NCBI RefSeq assembly: GCF_006345805.1 | Contig: NC_043008.1 | Span: 68,200,001-68,264,000 of the forward strand | DNA from: Octopus sinensis | Taxonomy: Eukaryota | Direction of reading: 5' to 3' | DNA: 64,000 nt | Shown: positions 51,313-63,720 of the stretch, piece after piece | Layout of the letters: each line of letters starts with the position of its first letter | How positions within the stretch are numbered: the stretch's first letter is position 1 | Made by a program: the position numbers and the translations under genes | The notes under the pieces: model-generated | Databases searched by the model: none | What the model was told of the DNA's origin: nothing | What the model saw: the letters and a program-made list of their open reading frames with translations, nothing else

Positions 51313-51712
51313 TACTCTTTACTCTTTTACTTGTCTCAGCCATTTGACTGTGGCCATGCTGGAGCACCACCTTTAGTCGAGCAAATCAACCCTAGGACTT
51401 ATTCTTTGTAAGCCTAGTACTTATTCTATCGAGGTCTTTTGCCGAACTGCTACGTTACGGGGACGTAAACACACCACCATAGGTTGTCAAGTGTTGTTGG
51501 GGGCCAAACACAGACAAACATATACACACACATATATATATACATATATACGACGGGCTTCTTTCAGTTTCCGTCTACCAAATCCACTCACAAGGCTTTG
51601 GTCAGCCCGAGACTATAGTAGACAGTTGCCCAAGGTGCCACACAGTGGGAATGAACCTGGAACCATGTGGTTGGTAAGCAAGCTACTTACCATACAACCA
51701 TTCCTGCACCTA
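51313..51712 (-). mobile_element. CORE-like tRNA SINE (full length)
   Basis: Colinear with the 43850-44240 and 55717-56088 copies. Confidence 0.9.
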
Positions 51713-51939
51713 TATTGTGACATCAAAAACTAAACATAGAAATGTTGGTAAGTTCCAGAATATCTGTAATGAATGCAAACAATATTGGAGAGCAACAAAG
51801 GGGTTAACTTGGAGAAAGCATTTGTTTCTTAAATTCCTTTAAGAAAAATTAATGGGGACAAATTTGAGAAGATTGTTTACCAAGTACTTTGATTGACTAA
51901 TGAGTCAGGAATTAATTTATCATCATTACTGATTTGACA

Positions 51940-52135
51940 TCTTGCCGCCTAAAACATACTAAAATAAGAACCATTCAACTTATCGAGAAGAATTTGCACA
52001 ATTGCATCAAAACCTAAGAAAAGCGACTCCAAGAATTTAAAAACACATTACTAGATAGAAAATACCCAACCAGTCTAATCAAAAATGGAATAGAATGTGC
52101 AAAAATGACAGACATCCAAGAGTTACAGAAAACAG
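51940..52135 (+). mobile_element. Penelope-like element RT C-terminal fragment
   Basis: PKHTK..PFNLSRRICTIASKP / KRLQEFKNTLLDRKYPTSLIKNGIECAK matches the PLE post-RT 'HPxHxKxxIPxxxxxRxxxI...L..R.YP...I' pattern. Confidence 0.7.
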
Positions 52136-52734
52136 CCCCTTTCCTAACTGACACTGCTCCTTATTCCTTGGCCTTGGATTTTGATATATGAAGATTTGAT
52201 AAACAAGACTATAAATTAAAACCAACCCCAAAAGACAGTGACAAGCTAGATCTCTAACAAGTCTTCCTTCCTGATACCTTAGTAGCTTCTAAGCTGAAGT
52301 GAAAACAGCATGTTCTTTGTCTATCTCCTTACCTTCTTGGAGGTTTTAGGTAAAATTATACTGTGTCCATCTGTTTTAATTTAATTTAATTCTATGTATT
52401 TATTCAGCTGAGGATTGGTCTGCATTTAAATTGATGTAATGGTTGCATTGTTCAATTAAATGGAGTTGCGTGAAACGATCGCATTGCATTACCTTTGGAT
52501 ATCCTGTTGCTTATTTTGATTTTAATCACCGTATTTTAAAACTGTATGGATAATAACGTACTAAATTCTGGTACCTGAACTTAAGTACCTAATTCATCTG
52601 AATCTAAATTTTTGCTATATATATATATATATATATAAAAGCATACTGGGAGAAAGGAAAGAAACGAAACGAAACAACACGAACACATATAGATATATAT
52701 ATCTATACATATATATATAAATACACACGCACAC

Positions 52735-52765
<31 letters not shown>

Positions 52766-52766
<1 letters not shown>

Positions 52767-55672
52767 CATCATCATCATCATCATCATCATTTAACGTCCG
52801 CTTTCCAGGCTAGCATGGGTTGGACGGTTCAACTGGGGTCTGGGGAGCCCGAAAGCTGCACCAGTCCAGTCAGATCTGGCAGTGTTTCTACAGCTGGATG
52901 CCCTTCCTAACGCCAACCACTCCGAGAGTGTAGTGGGTGATTTTATGTGCCACTGACACAGGTGCCAGACGAGGCTGGCAAACGGCCACACTTGGATGGT
53001 GTTTTTTTATGTGCCACCGACACAGGTGCCAGACAAGGCTGGCAGACGGCCATTATCGGATGGTGTTTTTATGTGCCACCGACACAGGTGCCAGATGAGG
53101 CTGGCAAACGGCCACGATCGGATGGTGTTTGTTACGTGCCCACAGCACGGAGGCCAGTCGATGCAGTACTGGCTACGGCCACGTTCGGATGGTTTTCTTG
53201 TGTGCCACGTGCCACCGGCACTGGTACCACAAAGATACAAATTCCATTGATGTTCATCTATTTTGATTTGTTTTGATTTTCACTTGCCTCAACAGGTCTT
53301 CACAAGTGTCACAAGAAGGAAGGTAAGCACAGGTGGACTGACTACGTCCCAGGTAAGGGCCACGGGTTATGGCCTGACTAGTCTTGCCAGGTCTTCGGAT
53401 GGTGTTTTTATGTGCCACCGACATAGGTGCCAGATGAGGCTGGCGAACGGCCACGATCGGATGGTGTTTGTTACGTGCCCACAGCACGGAGGCCAGTCGA
53501 TGCGGTACTGGCTACGGCCACGTTCGGATGGTTTTCTTGTGTGCCACCGGCACTGGTACCACAAAGATACAAATTCCATTAATGTTCATCTATTTTGATT
53601 TGTTTTGATTTGATTTGATTTGTTTTGATTTGATTTTGATTTTGATTTTCACTTGCCTCAACAGGCCTTCACAAGTATCACAAGGAGGAAGGTATGCACA
53701 GGTGGACTGACTACGTCCCAGGTAGGGGCCATGGGATATGGCCTGACTAGTCTTGCCAGATCTTCGGATGGTGTTTTTATGTGCCACCGACACAGGTGCT
53801 AGATGAGGCTGGCGAACGGCCACGATCGGATGGTGTTTGTTATGTGCCCACAGCACGATGGCAGTCGATGCGGTACTGACTACGGCCACGTTCGGATGGA
53901 TTTCTTGTGTGCCACAGGCACTGGTACCACAAAGATACAAATTCCATTGATGTTCATCTATTTTGATTTGATTTGATTTTCACTTGCCTCAACAGGTCTT
54001 CACAAGTGTCACAAGAGGAAGGTATGCACAGGTGGACTGACTAGTCTTGCCGGGTCTTCGGAATGTGTTTTTATGTGCCACCGACACAGGTGCCAGATGA
54101 GGATGGCGAACGGCCATGATCAGATGGTGTTTGTTACGTGCCCACAGCACGGAGGCCGGTCGATGCGGAACTGGCTACGGCCACGTTCGGATGGTTTTCT
54201 TGTGTGCCACCGGCACTGGTACCACAAAGATACAAATTCCATTGATGTTCATCTATTTTGATTTGTTTTGATTTGATTTTGATTTTCACTTGCCTCAACA
54301 GGCCTTCACAAGTATCACAAGGAGGAAGGTATGCACAGGTGGACTGACTACGTCCCAGGTAGGGGCCATGGGTTATGGCTAACTAGTCTTGCCGGGTCTT
54401 CGGATGGTGTTTTTATGTGCCAGCGACACAGGTGCTAGATGAGGCTGGCGAACGGCCACGATCGGATGGTGTTTGTTATGTGCCCACAGCACGATGGCCA
54501 GTGATGCGGTACTCACTACGGCCACGTTCGGATGGATTCTTGTGTGCCACCGGCACTGGTACCACAAAGATACAAATTCCATTGATGTTCATCTATTTTG
54601 ATTTGTTTTGATTTTCACTTGCCTCAACAGGTCTTCACAAGTGTCACAAGAAGGAAGGTATGTACAGGTGGACTGACTACGTCCCAGGGAAGGGCCACGG
54701 GTTATGACCTGACTAGTCTTGCCGGGTCTTCGGATGGTGATTTTATGTGCCACCGACACAGGTGCCATATGAGGCTGGCGAACGGCCACGATCGGATGGT
54801 GTTTGTCATGTTCCCACAGCACGGAGGCCAGTCGATGCGGTACTGGCTACAGCCACGTTCGGATGGTTTTCTTGTGTGCCACAGGCACTGGTACCACAAG
54901 GATACAAATTCCATTGATGTTCATCAATTTTGATTTGTTTTGATTGATTTTCACTTGCCTCAGCAGGTCTTCACAAGTGTCACAAGAAGGAAGGTATGCA
55001 CAGGTGGATCGACTACGTCCCAGGTAGGGGCCACGGGATATGGCCTGACTAGTCCTGCCGGGTCCTCTCATGCACAGCACACTTCCATAGGACTCGGTCT
55101 TTAGTCATTTCCTTGGTGAGACCTAAAGTTCGAAGGTCGTGCTTCACCACCTCGTCCCAGGTTTTCCTGGGTCTACCTCTTCCACAGGTTCCCTCAACTG
55201 CTAGGGTGTAGCACTTTTGCACACAACTATCTTCAGCCATTCTCGTCACATGACCATACCAGCGCAGCCGTCTCTCTTGCACACTACAACTGACACTTCT
55301 TAGGTTCAACTTTTCTCTCAAAGTACTTACACTCTGACGATTATGAACACTGACATTACACATCCATCGGAGCATACTGGCTTCATTTCTTGTGAGCTTA
55401 CGCATATCCTCAGCAGTCACGGCCCATGTTTCACTACCATGTAGCATGGCTGTACGTACACACGCATCATATAGTCTGCCTTTTACTCTTAGCGAGAGGC
55501 CTTTTGTCACCAGCAGGGGTAAGAGCTCTCTAAACTTTGCCCAGGCTATTCTTACTCTAGCAGTTACACTTTCAGCACACCCACCCCCGCTACTGACTTG
55601 GTCTCCTAGGTAGCGGAAGCTATCAACTACTTCTAGTTTGTCTCCTTGGAACGTGGTAGAAGTTGGTCTCTG

Positions 55673-55676
<4 letters not shown>
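52766..55676 (-). mobile_element. 5'-truncated RTE LINE with 3' region expanded into six tandem ~335-bp units
   Basis: ORF 55049..55675 (FRYLG...RLRWYGHV...GRGRPRKTW); units start at 53057, 53396, 53765, 54059, 54401 and 54731; (ATG)n tail at 52766-52790. Confidence 0.92.
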
Positions 55677-55708
<32 letters not shown>

Positions 55709-55716
55709 TATATATA

Positions 55717-56088
55717 TACTCTTTTACTTGTTTCAGTCATTTGACTGTGGCTATGCTGGAGCACCACCTCTAGTTGAGCAAATCAACCCCAGGACTTATT
55801 CTTTGTAAGCCTAGTACTTATTCTATCGGTCCCTTTTGCCGAATCGCTAAGTTATGGGGACGTAAACACACCAACATCAGTTGTCAAGCAATGTTGGGGG
55901 GACAAACACAGACACACAAACGTATACAGGCTTCTTTCAGGTTCCATCTACCAAATCCACTCACAAGGCTTTGGTTGGCCTGAGGCTATAGTAGAAAACA
56001 CTTGTCCAGGGTGCCACACAGTGGGACTGAACCTGGAACCATGTGGTTCGTAAGCAAGCTACTTACCACACAGCCACTCCTATGCCTA
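55717..56088 (-). mobile_element. CORE-like tRNA SINE
   Basis: Same family as 51313. Confidence 0.9.
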
Positions 56089-56101
56089 TAGTGAATAGGG
56101 T

Positions 56102-59100
56102 ATCATCATCATCATCATCATTTAGCGTCCGCTTTCCATGCTACATGGGTTGGACGGTTCAACTGGGGTCTGGGAAGCCAGAAGGCTGCACCAGGCCCAG
56201 TCTGATCTGGCAGTGTTTCTACGGCTGGATGCCCTTCCTAACGCCAACCACTCCGTGAGTGTAGTGGGTGCTTTTTACGTGCCACCCGCACAGGTGCCAG
56301 ACGGGGCTGGCAAACGGCCACGGACAGATGGTGCTTTTTACGTGCCACCGGCAAGGGGGCCAGGCGAGGCTGGCAACAGCCACTATCGGATGATGCTTTT
56401 TACATGCCACCAGCATGGAGGCCAGTCGGGGCGGCGCTGGCAATGGCCACGATCGGATGGTTCGCTTACATGTCACCGGTACTGGTATCACAGCTGCAAT
56501 TTCCATTGATGTTGATCAACTTCGATTTTGGTTCTGATTTCTGATATCTGATTTGATTTGATTTGATTTCCACTTGCCTCAACAGGTCTTCACAAGTGGA
56601 GTTTTGTGTCCCAAGAAGGAAAGGTATGCATAAGTTGACTGGCTACATCCCAGGTAGAGGCCACGGGTTATGGTCTCACTAGTCCTGCCGGGTCTTCTCA
56701 CGCACAGCATACTTCCATAGGTCTCGGTCTCTAGTCATTTCCTTGGTGAGACCTAAAGTTCAAAGGTCGTGCTTCACCACCTCGTCCCAGGTTTTCCTGG
56801 GTCTACCTCTTCCACAGGTTCCCTCAACCACTAGGGTGTGGCACTTTTGCACACAATTATCTTCAGCCATTCTCGTCACATGACCATACCAGCGCAAACG
56901 TCTCTCTTGCACACCACAACTGATGCTTCTTAGGTCCAACTTTTCTCTCAAGGTACTTACACTCTGTTGAGTATGAACACTGACATTACACATCCATCGG
57001 AGCATACTGGCTTCATTTCTTGCGAGCTTACGCATATCCTCAGCAGTCACAGCCCATGTTTCACTACCATGTAGCATGGCTGTTCGTAGACATGCATCAT
57101 ACAGTCTGCCTATTACTCTGAGCGAGAGGCCTTTTGTCACCAGCAGGGGTAAGAGCTCTCTAAACTTTGCCCAGGCTATTCTTACTCTAGCAGTTACACT
57201 TTCAGCACTCCCACCCCCACTACTGACTTGGTCACCTAGGTAACGGAAGCTATTAACTACTTCTAGTTTTTCTCCCTGGAATGTGGTGGAAGTTGGTCTC
57301 TGCACATTTTCAGTGTTTATTGCTCCTGAGCATTTGCCACAAACAAAAACTATTTTCCTAGTTAGCCTTCCTTTGACATTGCTGCACCTCTTATGTGTCC
57401 ATAGCTTACACTTGGTGCATCTTATAGAGTTTCTACCTACACCTTTTCTACAGATCGAGCAGGGCCATCTACCTGAGGGTGTTTGTGACTTGTCTACCTT
57501 CCTACTTATTCGGACTTTGGTTTTGGCTAGGTTGACTCCAAGGCCCTTCGATTCTAATCCTTGCTTCCAAACCTGAAACTTCTCCAGTTCTGATAGTGAC
57601 TCCGCAATTAGAGCAAGGTCATCAGCATAGAGGAGCTCCCAGGGGCATCCTGTCTTGAATTCCTCCGTTATTGCCTGGAGGACTATGATAAATAGGAGGG
57701 ACTGTGGACTGAACCTTGGTGGACCCCAACCTCTACCCGAAATTCTTCACTGTACTTGTTGCCAACCCTCACCTTACTAGCAGCATCTCTGTACATGGCT
57801 CGCACAGCTCTCACTAACCATTCATCTATCCCTAGTTTCCTCATTGACCACCAGATAAGGGATCGAGGGACCCTGTCGAAGGCTTTCTCCATGTCAACAA
57901 AAGCCAGGTACAGGGGCTTATCTTTGGCTAGGTATTTCTCCTGCAGCTGTCTTACCAGGAATATAGCATCAGTAATACTTTTCCCTGGCACGAACCCAAA
58001 CTGCATCTCATCTAAGCTAACTCTCTCTCTAATTAGTTGGGCTATAACCCTCTCCGTAACCTTCATTACTTTATCCAGCAGCTTGATACCCCTGTAGTTA
58101 TTTGTATCTAGGGAGTCACCTTTACTTTTGTAGCAGTTGACTATTATGCTGCTACACCAGTCATTGGGTATGACTCCTTCGTGTATCACCTGGTTAACTA
58201 TACGGGTGACTAGGCTATAGCCGATACTACCAGATATTTTTAGCATCTCTGCAGTAATTCCTGATGGGCCTGGGGCTTTCCCTGTCTTTATGCTTGTAAT
58301 TGCCTTTACTAAGGAACTGTCAACTCGGATTGCTGGTCCCTCTGTTGGGTCGACATTCGGCAGACTCTCTTTATCCCATTCATTTTCTTTATTCAGCAAC
58401 CTTTCATAGTGGCGTCTCCAAACCTCTCTCTTTGCATCCTCATTTAGCGCAAGTGAACCATTATCCTTGCGAACACATTTCTCTCCTACCACGTCACGAT
58501 TCTCTCTCACACACTGTCTTGAAACATGAAATACCTCAAGTCTTTCATCCTCACGGTGCAGAACATTGGCAAATTTTTTCTTATCTGCTTCCCCTCTGGC
58601 TAAATACACCTGCCTCCTAGCTTCTCTTCTGGCAGTCTGATACACTTCTCTGCTACCACCGTTCTTTCAGTCCTTCCAAGCCTGTTTCTTTTGTCTAATA
58701 GCCCTGTCAACAATATTGTTCCACCACCACGTTATTTTGGGTCTTGAGGGGCCTTTGCACCAACCACAGATCTGGTCAGTGGCTCTCAGCAGGTTGTCCC
58801 TTAGAGACCTCCAGTTGTCTTCTACCCCATGTTAAGCTATACCTCCTTCTATTTCGTCAAAGGCTTCAAGTAATATGTCTCTAAATCTCTGTCCATTCGC
58901 AGGATTTTTAAGCTTCCAGACCCTTCTTCTCCATGTTGGTCGTCTTCTAGTTGTCCTCTTAGTTCTGATCCTAAAGTCACTAACTACCAGTCTATGTTGT
59001 GGGGTACATTCTTCGCCTGGGAAGGTTTTGGCATTTATAAGCAGCCATCTTTCCCTTTTTCTGGCAAGGATGTAGTCGATTTGGCTAGTATGTCGGCCCG

Positions 59101-59252
59101 ATCGGTAGGTGACCAGGTGGCTTGTAGATTTTCTGAAGTTAGTGTTGCAAACCATAAGACTATTTGCATCGCAGAACTCCAGCAGCCTAGTTCCCTCCTC
59201 AATGCGGGAACCATAACCGTAGCCTCCATGTACGCCATGGAAGCCCCCGGCA
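56102..59252 (-). mobile_element. 5'-truncated RTE LINE: partial APE endonuclease plus RT with internal PHD-type finger; inactivated
   Basis: EN motifs CNTNF and SQIDYIL..QHRLV; RT motifs NYRGIKLL, QFGFVPG, AFVDMEKAFDRVPR, GVHQGS, LLYADD (57618-57629) and FRYLG. Stops at 58832, ~58668 and 56760; 1-nt frameshift at ~57700; (ATG)n tail. Confidence 0.95.
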
Positions 59253-59261
59253 GATATGAGA

Positions 59262-60100
59262 GGCACAGGCATGACCATGTGGTAAGAAGCTTGCTTCCCA
59301 ACCACATGGTTCAGGGTTCAGTTCCACTGCATTGCACCTTGGGCAAGTGTCTTCTATTATAGCCTTGGGACAACCAAAGCCTTGTGAGTGAATTTGGTAG
59401 ATAGAAGCTAAAAGAACCCCATCATATATTTGTATATACATGTATCTATGTGTAAAGCCTTGTGAGTGAATTTGGTAGATAGAAGCTAAAAGAACCCCAT
59501 CATATATTTGTATATACATGTATCTATGTGTGTGTATGTCTTTGTGTCGAAGTTTGTCCCCCGACCATCATTACTTGAGAACTGGTGCTGGTGTGTTTAT
59601 ATCCTTGTAACTTAGCAGTTCAGCAAAAGATAACAACAGATCAATACAGTCGACTGAAATTCCTTTAAGGTGGTACTGAATATGACCACAGACTGAAACA
59701 AGTAAACGATAAAAGATAAAGATATAAAGGTGCAGGAGTGGCTGTGTGGTAAGTAGCTTGCCTACCAACCACATGGCTCTGGGTTCAGTCCCACTGCGTG
59801 GAACCTTGGGCAAGTGTCTTCTTCTATAGCCTCAGTCCGACCAAAGCCTTGTAATGGGATTTGCTAGACGGAAACTGAAAGAAGCCCATCATATATATAT
59901 GTGTGTCTGTGTTTGTTCCCCCACCATTGCTTGACAACCGATGTTGGTGTGTTCACATCCCCATAACTTAGCAGTTCAGTAAAAGAGACCGATAGAATAA
60001 GTACTAGGCTTACAGAGAATAAGTCCTGGGGTTGATTTGTTTGACTAAAGGCAGTGCTCCAGCGTGGCCACAGTCAAATGACCGAAACAAGTAAAAGAAT
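59262..60100 (+). mobile_element. Two tandem CORE-like SINEs (59262-59715 with an exact 78-bp internal duplication 59376-59453/59454-59531; 59728-60100)
   Basis: ggagtggctgtgtggtaag...gggttcagtcccactgcgtggaaccttgggcaagtgtcttc...gaaacaagtaaaagaat. Confidence 0.9.
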
Positions 60101-60779
60101 ATCATATATATATCAGTATAGAGAAAGAGATAGCTAAATTGTTAGATAGCTGGATATATAGAGAGAGATGGTAAATGAGAGAGAGAGAGAGAGACTTGAG
60201 GGTGGCTATAGAATGTTAAGATAGGTAAACAAGATATGAGGTATGAGGCATGGTGTTTGTAAAAACTAAAACCTCTGATGCATGAGATAAACTTCTGACA
60301 AAAGTATCACTGGAGTATTTGGTGCATGCAATGTACTTTGAAGCAGTCCAGTCATAGGCTGTCTTTGGTAAGATACTTGTTAATTAGAAGTTAAGACTGA
60401 GAAGGACTAAATAGAAAAAAAAATATATAGGTCATGATGAAAAGCTTGAGTGAACATCATGTGGAGGTAATTTGTGGGAAAATATAATTTTTTTTCTTTT
60501 TTGTTATTGAAGCCAGTAAACGTTAAGAATTCAAACTTTCTTTAATAACTTTTATTTTAGGCATTTTGTTGGTAGGGGATTTTGTTTTGAAGTAGCAAAA
60601 CTGCTGATTTCACTGAAAATTTATTACATCATCCTGTTTTTATTCATTCATTTACTAATTGATTTTTTTTTTTGTTGAGTCTATACAGAAAACTAACTTT
60701 TGTAAAGGGCAGGCTTAAGTAGATTGAATACTTTCCAGTAATATGGCTAGTACTTATCAGGAAGGCATCATGTATGCCT

Positions 60780-61250
60780 CCACCCTCTCTTATGAACAAC
60801 ATGTAATTAAAAACATCTAATTAAAGTCACTACAAATGCTAGGTGTCACAATGTCTACTGATCTTTACTAGTGAACACTAAAACTACATCCTAAAGACAC
60901 AACCCATCTTTTTAGTATTTTGCAGGCCCAGAAAATACTTAGCTCTGACCAGTTGGTGACCCTCTATAAAGTTCAAGTGAAACCCACACTAAAGTACTGT
61001 TTACATATCAGGAAAAGTGCTGCTGCTACTGCTACAACTACTGCTGCTATGCTAAACTTCAGCAGTTATCACTTCAAAGACTACTTGGTAGCACAGTACC
61101 ATACTGTTACTAATTGTTTTTGGTACTCATGTTTTTATCTCTTTCCAGCTCCACCCAACCATTCTTACCCTTTCTTCCAAATCTGAGTAGTCATATAGCT
61201 CCACTATAGCAAGAAACCTGTTTTGCCTCTGTCTCTCCTACTTTAACCCC
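60780..61250 (+). mobile_element. Degenerate CR1/Jockey-like LINE 3' coding remnant
   Basis: LSSDQLVTLYKVQVKPTLKYCLHI (LYKxxVRPxLEY-like). Confidence 0.55.
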
Positions 61251-61259
61251 TCATTGCTT

Positions 61260-62040
61260 ATCATCATCATCATCATTTAGCATCCGCTTTCCATGCTGGC
61301 ATGGGTTGGACGGTTCAACTGGGGTCTGGGAAGCCAGAAGGCTGCACCAGGCCCAGTCTAATCTGGCAATGTTTCTACGGCTGGATGCCCTTCCTAACGC
61401 CAAACACTCAATGAGTGTAGTGGGTGCTTTTACGTACCAGACAAGGCTGGCAAACGGCCACGATCGGATGGTGCTTTTTACGTGCCACCGGCCTCATGTC
61501 CCACTGGCACAGAGGCAGTCGGGGCGGCGCTGGCAATGGCCACGTTCGGATGGTTTTCTTATGTGCCACCGGCACTGGTATCACAGCTACGATTTCCATT
61601 GATGCTGATCGATTTTGATTTTGATTTTGTTTTTCACTTGCCTCAACAGGTTTTCACAAGTAGAGTTTTGTGTCCCAAGAAGGAAAGGTATGCATAAGTG
61701 GACTGAGGCCATGGGTTATGGCCTCACTTGTCCTGCCGGGTCTTCTCACGCACAGCATACTTCCAAAGGTCTCGGTCTCTAGTCATATCCTCAGTGAGAC
61801 CTAAAGTTCGAAGGTCATGCTTCACCACCTTGTCCCAGGTTTTCCTGGGTCTACCTCTTCCACAGGTTCCCCCAACCGCTACGGTGTGGCACTTTTTCAT
61901 ACAACTATCTTCATCCATTCTCGCCACATGACCATACCAGCACAAACGTCTCTCTTGCACACCACAACTGATGCTTCTTAGGTCCAACTTTTCTCTCAAG
62001 GTACTGACACTCTGTTGAGTATGAACACTGACATTACACA
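61260..62040 (-). mobile_element. 5'-truncated RTE LINE 3' end
   Basis: ORF 61724..62059 (CNVSVHTQQS...GRGRPRKTW...KTRQDK) with 3'UTR and (ATG)n tail; a further plus-strand tail lies at 62050-62213. Confidence 0.9.
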
Positions 62041-62389
62041 AAAAAAGCATACAGTACATGCTGCAAAGTGGTTATCATTAAGAGGGGCATCCAACTATAG
62101 AAACTCTACCAAGACAGACATTGGAGCACAATGAAGTCCGTAGACTCATCAAATCCTGTTAAATTGTCCATCTAATGCCAGCATGGAACATAGACATTAA
62201 ATGATGATGATGAGTCAAGAAAAAGGATACTGCATATGATGCTTTTTTAGAGCCTTTGCATTCGGTGAATGATAAGAAGGGAGATATCCTTAAACTGGGG
62301 ACCTGATATGAATGCTTGCAACTGCTTGAACCCTGCTAATGGCATGAAGGACCAGGTGGTGATGTTAAAACTGGTGATGAACTGCATCT

Positions 62390-63720
62390 TCAATGCAACT
62401 GGGCTGCAGTGGGATTTGAACACAGAATACAAAGAGCCAGAAATACTGCAAGGCATCCTGTTTGATGCTCTAATATTTCTACCTCTCATAAGGTAGCAAG
62501 CTGGCAGAATCGTTAGCATGCCAGGCAAAATGCTTAACGGCATTTCATCTATCTTCACATTCTGAGTTCAAATTCCACCGAGGTTGACTTTGCCTTTCAT
62601 CTTTTTGGGAGTCAATAACATAAATACCAGCTGAACACTGAGGTCGATGTAATTGATTTTTCCCCTGCCCCTAAACTGCTGCCCTTGTTCCAAAATTTGA
62701 AATCAGTATTTCTGCTTTACATGGCTGTTTTTATTGATCCTGGCAGGATGAAAAGCAAACCTGAGCTCAGCAAAATTTAAACTCAGAACTTTGAGACAGA
62801 AGGAATACCAAATTCTACCAATCCACTGTCTACATAATAATAATTCTTTCTACTATAGGCACAAGGCCTGAAATTTGGAAGAGGGGAATAGTTGATTACA
62901 TCAACCCCAGTACTCAACTGGTACTTAATTTATTGACCCCAAAAGGATGAGAGGCAAAGTTGACCTTGGTGGAATTTGAACTCAAAACGTAGCTATGGGC
63001 AAAATACTGCTAAGTATTTCACCGGGTGTGCTAACTACCTTTTGATGATGATAATAATGATGATGTTGGTGGTGGTGGTTTCAAATTTTGGCACAAGGCC
63101 AGCAATTTCAAGGGAAAGGGAATGTCAATTACATCAACCACAGTACCCAATAAGTACTTATTTCATCGACCCCCTAAAAGATGAAAGATAAAGTTGACCT
63201 CAGCAGAATTTGAACTCGGAATGTAGTGAGTAGGATGAAATACCATTAAGCATTTTGTCCAATGCTCTAACGATTTTGCCAGCTCGCCCTCTTAAATGGT
63301 TTCTAATTTTGGCACAAGGCCAGTAATTTTGAGGGGAGGGGATTTAGTCAATACCATCAACCCCCCAGAACTTGAGTGGTACTCTATTTTATTGACCTTT
63401 AAAGGATGAAAGGCAAAGCTGACCTCAGTGGGATTTGAACTCAGGGGGTAAACAAATGAAACAAATAGAGCAAGGAATTTTCCCAGTACTCTAAGTTTCC
63501 TGTCAAGGTAGACAGCAGCAACTTTTGGAGAAAGAGAGAGAGAAGGGGGGTTGAGAGAGAGAGAGCGAGAGAGAGGCCAGTTGCAAGAGAGAGAGAAGTG
63601 TTGTTGATTTAATCAACTTCCTAGTACTTGACTGAAACTTATTTTATCAAGCTAGAATGATAAAAGGCAAAGTTGGTTATGGCAGAATTTGAACTTGAAA
63701 CATAAAGGGACACAATGATA
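62390..63720. mobile_element. Cluster of MetaSINE-like SINEs (62493-62705 plus; about six minus copies)
   Basis: Plus copy gctggcagaatcgttagc...gagttcaaattccaccgaggttgactttgcctttcatc; minus copies near 62390, 62725, 62845, 63075, 63295 and 63600. Confidence 0.85.

Noticed and set aside
52400-52490. Hammerhead-like CTGAGGA...GAAACGATCG downstream of the Penelope fragment
   Set aside because: No convincing stem II closure or U16.1; at best a decayed pLTR.
52935-55065. CRISPR-like repeat/spacer appearance and repeated MCHRHRCQ ORFs
   Set aside because: The 'spacers' are themselves repeated, the units are RTE 3'UTR copies, the context is eukaryotic and there are no cas genes; the ORFs are antisense or UTR artefacts.
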